The translations under genes and the position numbers were made by a program. Under the pieces are notes generated by a model. That model saw nothing but the letters and a program-made list of their open reading frames with translations. It was not told the DNA's origin and did no database searches. Shown here one piece after another: positions 16,978 through 22,862 of a stretch of DNA of 22,862 nt (position 1 is its first letter; every line of letters begins with the position of its first letter). This stretch comes from Hormoscilla sp. (GTDB lineage Bacteria > Cyanobacteriota > Cyanobacteriia > Cyanobacteriales > Desertifilaceae), in the NCBI GenBank assembly GCA_051439505.1, contig JBFRWI010000231.1:1-22862 (forward strand), written 5' to 3'.

Positions 16978-17055
16978 GTTGTCAGTTGTTAGCGCTATCC
17001 CAGTCGGTAGGTGATGGGGAACGAGGGGATAGGGGAGGACAAGGTCAAAGGAAAA

Positions 17056-17679
17056 ATGGAAAAGCAAGTGAGACAGACTCTGATATTGGGTGTGTCAGGG
17101 TCATCGGGTTTGATCTATGCGGTGCGGGCGCTGAAGTTTTTGCTCGGGGCAGATTACACTATTGACCTAGTGGCCTCGAAGGCGGTTTATATGGTCTGGC
17201 AGGCGGAGCAAAATATCCGCATGCCAGCAGACCCGGTGCAGCAGTCGGAGTTCTGGCGGCAGCAAGCTGGTGTAGAAACGGCGGGGAAACTGCACTGTCA
17301 CCCCTGGCAAGATATTGGTGCCAATATTGCTAGCGGTTCCTTCCGGACTCGGGGGATGCTGATTATCCCTTGCAGTATGGGTACGGTGGCTAAACTGGCA
17401 GCCGGCTTGAGTTCCGATCTGCTGGAAAGGGCAGCTGATGTCCAGATTAAAGAAGGTCGGAAATTGGCGATCGTCCCTCGGGAGACTCCCTTGAGTCTGA
17501 TTCACTTGCGCAATCTGACGGCTTTGGCTCAAGCAGGTGTTAAAATTGTGCCAGCAATTCCTGCTTGGTACCATAAGCCCCAGACGATCGAGGATCTGGT
17601 AGATTTTGTGGTGGCTCGTGCTTTGGACCAGCTGGATATTGATTGTGTGCCGATTAACCGCTGGGAAGGTCACGCTTAA
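17056..17679 (+). CDS. ubiX: Flavin prenyltransferase UbiX
   Basis: LILGVSGSSG, IASGSF, PCSMGT, ERAADV, VPRETP and PAWYHKP motifs. Confidence 0.95.
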   Translation: MEKQVRQTLILGVSGSSGLIYAVRALKFLLGADYTIDLVASKAVYMVWQAEQNIRMPADPVQQSEFWRQQAGVETAGKLHCHPWQDIGANIASGSFRTRGMLIIPCSMGTVAKLAAGLSSDLLERAADVQIKEGRKLAIVPRETPLSLIHLRNLTALAQAGVKIVPAIPAWYHKPQTIEDLVDFVVARALDQLDIDCVPINRWEGHA

Positions 17680-17683
17680 TGTT

Positions 17684-18430
17684 ATGCCTGCACTTAACCT
17701 TGTTTTACTGCTAGCTATTTTGGGAGGGCTGACTCTGTTTGCTTGGCAAAACTGGTCCCCTTCTTTGTCCCTGGTGTTTTTAGGCTCGCCAACTCCTCCC
17801 TTACCCCTGGCTGTCTGGATATTGCTTTTGCTGGCTGCTGGAATAATGACTGGGCTGTCGATCGCGGCCTCGTTTCGGTGGTACAGTTATCTAGAAGCGC
17901 GATCGCTACGGCGACGCCCGCGCTATGAAGCAGGATCTGCTTATCCTGCTGGTTCAAGGGATTCTCAGGAATCTCAAGCTAGCGAAACGGATTATATTCC
18001 CAGTAGTCAAACCGGTTACCAGGCCGATCGGGGACGAGAAAGTTTCCCTCCCAGAGATGATAGCAGCAACTTTGCCGCAGTCGCGAATAATGGCGATCGC
18101 ATCTCTTCTTCAGCAGCATCGAATAATGATGATTGGGAACAGGAAAACAAGATATCTGATGATTGGGAAGAGGTGGTAACGTCGGGAAGCACGGATCGCG
18201 TTCCCAGGCAGAGCGGTGGGATCGAGGAAAAGGGAGATCGGGCCAAAGCAGATGGTGGAGAAAAGAATGATTCATTCTATTCCTATGGCTCCCAGGATAA
18301 GAGTAATTCAGGCGTGGGAAAAACTGAGGATGTCTACGAAGCGAATTATCGGGTGATAACTCCTCCGGTTCACGAGGAGAGTGCCGGTGATAAAGATGAA
18401 GATTGGGGATTGGATGAAGACGAACGTTAA
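17684..18430 (+). CDS. LapA (DUF1049)-like membrane protein with an acidic disordered tail
   Basis: TM-QN..LSLVFLG..LPLAVW-TM pattern; VYEANYRVITPP near the C-terminus. Confidence 0.75.
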   Translation: MPALNLVLLLAILGGLTLFAWQNWSPSLSLVFLGSPTPPLPLAVWILLLLAAGIMTGLSIAASFRWYSYLEARSLRRRPRYEAGSAYPAGSRDSQESQASETDYIPSSQTGYQADRGRESFPPRDDSSNFAAVANNGDRISSSAASNNDDWEQENKISDDWEEVVTSGSTDRVPRQSGGIEEKGDRAKADGGEKNDSFYSYGSQDKSNSGVGKTEDVYEANYRVITPPVHEESAGDKDEDWGLDEDER

Positions 18431-18456
18431 GAATACGGAACGGTAGAAAAAGTAAT

Positions 18457-19017
18457 ATGATGATGATAAATTTAAGAGGAATTAGTATTTATCTAGTCGG
18501 GATGATGGGGGCGGGGAAGACGACAGTGGGGGAATTGCTGGCCAAGGAATTGGAATACCGTTTTTTTGATACGGATGTGCTGATTGAACGAGTCAAGGGA
18601 AAGGCGATCGGGGAAATATTCAAAACGGAAGGAGAAGCAGGATTTCGGGAGATAGAAAGTCAGGTGTTAGAATCCCTATCAGCCTATCTGCAATCAGTGG
18701 TGGCTACGGGTGGCGGGATAGTATTGCGGCCAAAAAATTGGAGTTACCTGCACCACGGCATCGTTGTCTGGCTAGATTTACCAGTAGAAAAATTATATAA
18801 TCGTTTGCAAGGAGATACAAATCGTCCTCTGTTACAAGAGGTTGACCCCTTGGAAAAACTGCGATCGCTCCTGAAAACCAGGCAAGCAATGTACTCTCAA
18901 GCGGATTTGCACATCACCTTGACGGGAGAAGAAACCCCCGAAGGAGTAGCAAGGCGCGTGCTAGGGGAAATTCCGACGATTATCAAGCCAGAAGTAAAGG
19001 CTAGGGAATGGAACTAA
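18457..19017 (+). CDS. aroK: Shikimate kinase
   Basis: GMMGAGKTTVG, FFDTD, GEAGFR, VVATGGG and RPLL motifs. Confidence 0.95.
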   Translation: MMMINLRGISIYLVGMMGAGKTTVGELLAKELEYRFFDTDVLIERVKGKAIGEIFKTEGEAGFREIESQVLESLSAYLQSVVATGGGIVLRPKNWSYLHHGIVVWLDLPVEKLYNRLQGDTNRPLLQEVDPLEKLRSLLKTRQAMYSQADLHITLTGEETPEGVARRVLGEIPTIIKPEVKAREWN

Positions 19018-19077
19018 ATTAACAGAGGGTAACAGATAAAGGATTGTAAGTGTGAGGAAAAAATCGGGATTATACAG

Positions 19078-19974
19078 ATGAGCAAAGAAGATGAAGATTT
19101 GCAGAAAGAAGAAGAAAGTCTGCGGGTGCGAGTGCTGAGTGAAGCGCTACCCTATATCCAAAAGTTTGCGGGTCGGACTTTGGTGATCAAGTACGGGGGT
19201 GCGGCGATGAAAGATAGCACTCTCAAAGCTAAGGTGATACGGGATGTGGTATTTCTGTCCTGCGTGGGGATGCGTCCGGTGTTGGTTCATGGTGGCGGTC
19301 CGGAAATTAATACTTGGCTGGGGAAACTCGGCATTGAACCCCAATTTAAGAATGGTCTGCGGGTGACGGATGCGGACACGATGGATGTTGTGGAAATGGT
19401 CCTGGTGGGGCGGGTGAATAAAGAAATTGTCTCTCTGATTAATACAGCGGGAGGAAATGCGATCGGGCTGTGCGGTAAAGATGGTAATTTGATCGAGGCT
19501 CGTCACCAAGGTACTGAAGGCATCGGTTTTGTCGGGGAAGTCGGCAACGTGAATACTGACATCTTGCAGTCCCTAGTCAACAGCGGCTATATTCCCGTGG
19601 TCTCAAGTGTGGCAGCAGATGAAACGGGACAGGCTCATAATATCAATGCTGACACGGTGGCCGGAGAGTTGGCGGCGGCCCTGGGGGCGGAAAAGCTGAT
19701 TTTGCTGACGGATACTGCTGGTATTTTGCAGGACTATAAAGACCCATCAACCCTGATCGACAAATTAGACATTCAACAGGCACGAAATCTGATAGAAAAA
19801 GGGATGGTAACTGGTGGGATGATTCCGAAGGTGACTTGCTGCGTGCGGAGTCTGGCTCAAGGGGTGCGGGCGGCTCACATTATCGATGGTCACGTGCCCC
19901 ACGCTCTGTTGCTGGAAATTTTTACCGACTCGGGAATCGGCTCGATGCTCGTGGCCTCGGAATTCATGAGTTAA
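19078..19974 (+). CDS. argB: Acetylglutamate kinase
   Basis: [28 protein letters not shown] and GGMIPK motifs. Confidence 0.97.
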   Translation: MSKEDEDLQKEEESLRVRVLSEALPYIQKFAGRTLVIKYGGAAMKDSTLKAKVIRDVVFLSCVGMRPVLVHGGGPEINTWLGKLGIEPQFKNGLRVTDADTMDVVEMVLVGRVNKEIVSLINTAGGNAIGLCGKDGNLIEARHQGTEGIGFVGEVGNVNTDILQSLVNSGYIPVVSSVAADETGQAHNINADTVAGELAAALGAEKLILLTDTAGILQDYKDPSTLIDKLDIQQARNLIEKGMVTGGMIPKVTCCVRSLAQGVRAAHIIDGHVPHALLLEIFTDSGIGSMLVASEFMS

Positions 19975-20023
19975 GCAGTTGTCAGTTGTCAGTAGTAAGT
20001 AGTTAGCAGTAGAGATCGCAAAG

Positions 20024-20542
20024 GTGAATCCAGAAAGTTTAGAGATTGTCAAGGAAAACTACGAGGCGGGCAAGATTGCTTTTGAGTGCGGTCGGTACAG
20101 GGCCGCAGTCGAGCATTTGGAAAAGGCGAGTGGCCTGGTTAATCGCAATGGGAAACTGGGAGGAGATGTGCTGCTGTGGCTGGCGATCGCCTATGAGGCT
20201 GCCGGCAAGCAAGCAGAGGCGCGAGCGGTTTGTCAACAGATGCAATCTCATCCCAGTCTGGAAGCCCGCAAGGAAGGTAAGCGGTTACTCTATATTCTGG
20301 AAGCACCTCAGCTCAAGAGACCGGAAGCATGGATGACGAAAATCCCAGATTTAGGCTCGATGTCGGAAAGTGAGGTAAAATATCGACGGGGTACTGGTGT
20401 TGCTAAAAACGGCAAATTCCAGGGGCGGGTTGCAGAATCGGAAGTAGATTTAACTCAGGTAAATACCGAAGATAATCGCTTTATCTGGGTGGCTCTAATT
20501 TTAGCAAGTCTGACAATCTGCGGTTTGATTTGGTTAAGTTAG
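20024..20542 (+). CDS. TPR protein with a C-terminal TM anchor
   Basis: YEAGKIAFECGRY..WLAIAYEAAG, LLYILEAP and terminal FIWVALILASLTICGLIWL. Confidence 0.8.
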   Translation: MNPESLEIVKENYEAGKIAFECGRYRAAVEHLEKASGLVNRNGKLGGDVLLWLAIAYEAAGKQAEARAVCQQMQSHPSLEARKEGKRLLYILEAPQLKRPEAWMTKIPDLGSMSESEVKYRRGTGVAKNGKFQGRVAESEVDLTQVNTEDNRFIWVALILASLTICGLIWLS

Positions 20543-20559
20543 CAGGAAGGGAAAAGGTA

Positions 20560-21300
20560 ATGATCGTGCAGGGAAAAAAGTCAGTTATCCGTTTTTTGGT
20601 CCCGGTGTATATTTTGCTGTTGACAATGCTGACGGGCTGCGTCGAATATGATATTGGGATCCAGATGAATAGTCAGACCCATGGGGAAATAGTGCAGTTG
20701 ATTCAACTGCAAGATCAGTTGACTATTTTTAGTCGGGCGACGCTGCAAACATGGTTAGATAGTATTGACGAACGGGTGCGCCGGCTGTCAGGGAAAACGG
20801 AGATGATTTCTGACGAGGCCCTGAAGGTGATGATTCCTTTTAATAATGGGGCGGAGTTGGCTGTTAAGTTTAACAAGTTTTTTAATTCCTATGAAAATCT
20901 GGCTAACTCGCAGAATGATGAGGAGGATTTATCTTTACTGGCATCTTCTTTGACTGTTAGTCAGAATAATTTTATATTCGCTATCCGCAATCACTTGCAT
21001 CTGGATTTGGATTTGCGATCGCTTGCTGTTGTCTCGTCTAGCGACAAGGTATTGCTGAGTCCGGAGAAATTTTTGCATATGAAATTTGTCCTGACTACTC
21101 CTTGGGGGGCAAAAATAATTGGCGATGATACCCTGGTGGGGCGAGCGGGAAATCAGCTAGTCTGGACCGTGGAACAGGGTAAACTAAATCATATTGAAGC
21201 GATATTCTGGGTTCCCAGTCCGATCGGAATTGGTGCTTTGCTAATTATTCTTTTGGTAGCAGGGGGAACATATTTGAAAGAGGGCAAGATGCAAAGTTGA
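20560..21300 (+). CDS. DUF3153-like lipoprotein
   Basis: Lipobox LTGC, IPFNNG, LDLRSL, TPWG, FWVPSPIGIG and a C-terminal TM. Confidence 0.75.
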   Translation: MIVQGKKSVIRFLVPVYILLLTMLTGCVEYDIGIQMNSQTHGEIVQLIQLQDQLTIFSRATLQTWLDSIDERVRRLSGKTEMISDEALKVMIPFNNGAELAVKFNKFFNSYENLANSQNDEEDLSLLASSLTVSQNNFIFAIRNHLHLDLDLRSLAVVSSSDKVLLSPEKFLHMKFVLTTPWGAKIIGDDTLVGRAGNQLVWTVEQGKLNHIEAIFWVPSPIGIGALLIILLVAGGTYLKEGKMQS

Positions 21301-21330
21301 GAATTGAGAATTGAAAATTGAGAATTGAAA
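21297..21330. repeat. Heptamer STRR (TTGARAA) x~5
   Basis: Visible directly upstream of the argF start. Confidence 0.8.
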
Positions 21331-22263
21331 ATGGCTTCATTAAAAGGACGAGATTTATTGAGTTTGGCAGACCTAAATGCTGGGGAATTGAACTCGCTGT
21401 TAGAACTGGCGGCGCAGCTAAAAAAGGGTGAGGTACAATGGCGCTGCAATAAGGTGCTGGGACTTTTATTCTCTAAAGCTTCTACCCGGACGCGGGTGAG
21501 TTTTACTGTGGCAATGTATCAATTGGGAGGTCAGGTAATTGACCTGCTTCCTAATGTCACTCAAGTCAGTCGGGGAGAACCTCTGATGGATACGGCAAGG
21601 GTTTTAGACCGATATCTGGATGTTGTGGCAATTAGAACTTTTGAACAGCGAGATTTAGAAATTTTTGCTAAGTATGCTAATATTCCAGTGATTAATGCTC
21701 TGACAGATAGAGGACATCCTTGTCAGATATTGGCGGATTTGTTGACAATAAAAGAATGCTTTGGTAAGCTGGAAGGCAAGACTTTAACTTATGTGGGCGA
21801 TGGGAATAATGTGGCTCACTCCCTCCTGTTAGGTTGTACACTGGCGGGGGTGAATGTGAGAGTGGCAACGCCGCCGAAGTTCGAGCCTAATGGTGAAATT
21901 GTGGCCCAGGCGCGTCAAATGGCGGCGGGAAGTACAGAGGTGACAATAACTGCAGATCCAGTGGCAGCAGTAACGGGCTCTCATGTAGTTTATACTGATG
22001 TTTGGGCGAGTATGGGACAGGAAGCTTCGGCGGGCGATCGCCTGCCAGTTTTTCAGCCTTATCAGGTAGATAAAGAACTGCTAGCTAAAGCGGATCCAGA
22101 GGCGATCGTACTCCATTGTTTACCGGCCCATCGGGGAGAAGAAATTACCGATGAGGTGATGGAAGGTTCTCAGTCACGAATATGGGACCAGGCGGAAAAT
22201 CGGTTGCACGCCCAAAAAGCTTTACTGGCAAGTATTTTGGGTAATGAATTGAGCAATTGTTAA
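21331..22263 (+). CDS. argF: Ornithine carbamoyltransferase
   Basis: STRTRVSF, HPCQ, GDGNN, TDVWASMG, HCLP and AENR motifs. Confidence 0.97.
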   Translation: MASLKGRDLLSLADLNAGELNSLLELAAQLKKGEVQWRCNKVLGLLFSKASTRTRVSFTVAMYQLGGQVIDLLPNVTQVSRGEPLMDTARVLDRYLDVVAIRTFEQRDLEIFAKYANIPVINALTDRGHPCQILADLLTIKECFGKLEGKTLTYVGDGNNVAHSLLLGCTLAGVNVRVATPPKFEPNGEIVAQARQMAAGSTEVTITADPVAAVTGSHVVYTDVWASMGQEASAGDRLPVFQPYQVDKELLAKADPEAIVLHCLPAHRGEEITDEVMEGSQSRIWDQAENRLHAQKALLASILGNELSNC

Positions 22264-22435
22264 TTGAGTTTAGGAGGTTGGGTAACGTTGGGTAGTTAAT
22301 CGATCCACAGGGTCGATCGCCGGCAACAGCATGTGAATTTCCCCCCAGTTAAAGCTCGCTCCTCCCCAGCAAGCTCGCCCCAGGTGACAAGTAGTAACCG
22401 GTGGCGGCGCTCATCAGGGAACTCATAACGGGGCG

Positions 22436-22515
22436 GGCGTTGCACTTCGTATAAGCAATTAGCAATTAGCAATTTTTAAAAATTGACTGGTATCATCCCA
22501 ACAATGTGCAACGCC
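22436..22515. mobile_element. 80-bp mini-element with 10-bp terminal inverted repeats
   Basis: GGCGTTGCAC (22436-22445) / GTGCAACGCC (22506-22515); contains (AGCAATT)x3. Confidence 0.5.
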
Positions 22516-22682
22516 GGATACATTTTTGCGCCGGAAAAAAGGCTGAAACCCTTAATTTGGCGTACTTATAAGATTTACTTATCACCCAAAACTCAGGAGA
22601 CCCAAAGGTTTTCGGAGTTGCACCTTATGAGTTTTCTGATGAGAGAAGAAATTTTTCCGCTATGGGAGAAGAAATTTTTCTC

Positions 22683-22862
22683 GGCGATCGAAGATCCTTC
22701 GATCGGCGAGAAAAGATCCTTCGATCGGCGAGAAAAGATCCTTCGATCGGCGATCGAAGATCCTTCGATCGGCGAGAAAAGATCCTTCGATCGGCGAGAA
22801 AAGATCCTTCGATCGGCGAGAAAAGATCCTTCGATCGGCGAGAAAAGATCCTTCGATCGGCG
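22683..22862. repeat. 22-bp tandem repeat, at least 8 copies, running off the window end
   Basis: Variant A GGCGATCGAAGATCCTTCGATC and variant B GGCGAGAAAAGATCCTTCGATC in the order ABBABBBB. Confidence 0.95.

Noticed and set aside
14448..21449. Numerous short antisense or alternate-frame ORFs inside housekeeping genes
   Set aside because: They are shadow ORFs overlapping confidently identified genes and carry no motifs.
22270..22435. Possible ncRNA downstream of argF
   Set aside because: I could not recognise any tRNA, 6S, RNase P, SRP or riboswitch signature; an Rfam scan would be needed.

Overview
Cyanobacterial chromosomal DNA. Evidence: frequent HIP1 GCGATCGC, psbK and psaM, and heptamer STRR tracts typical of filamentous Oscillatoriales-like genomes. 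Bases 1-8450 are an accessory island. It holds a TPR + membrane-anchored vWA pair, then short self-promoted cassettes separated by HIP1-containing palindromic repeats: a Uma2 nuclease fused to an antitoxin-like tail, a truncated DUF1778-like antitoxin, a C39/papain-fold peptidase coupled to an unknown partner, a truncated DUF433-like antitoxin, an ABC/AAA_21-type ATPase coupled to a PD-(D/E)XK-like nuclease, and an HsdR_N-like protein. Bases 8469-22263 are mostly housekeeping: tgt-psbK, GST, TPR, psaM, phoU, an RNase II/R-family gene, ubiX, LapA-like, aroK, argB, TPR, DUF3153 lipoprotein and argF, interspersed with MITE-like elements and tandem repeats. The best candidates for undescribed systems are the ATPase-nuclease pair, the peptidase-partner pair and the orphan-antitoxin cassette array. 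All family assignments come from motif recognition by eye; no searches were run.
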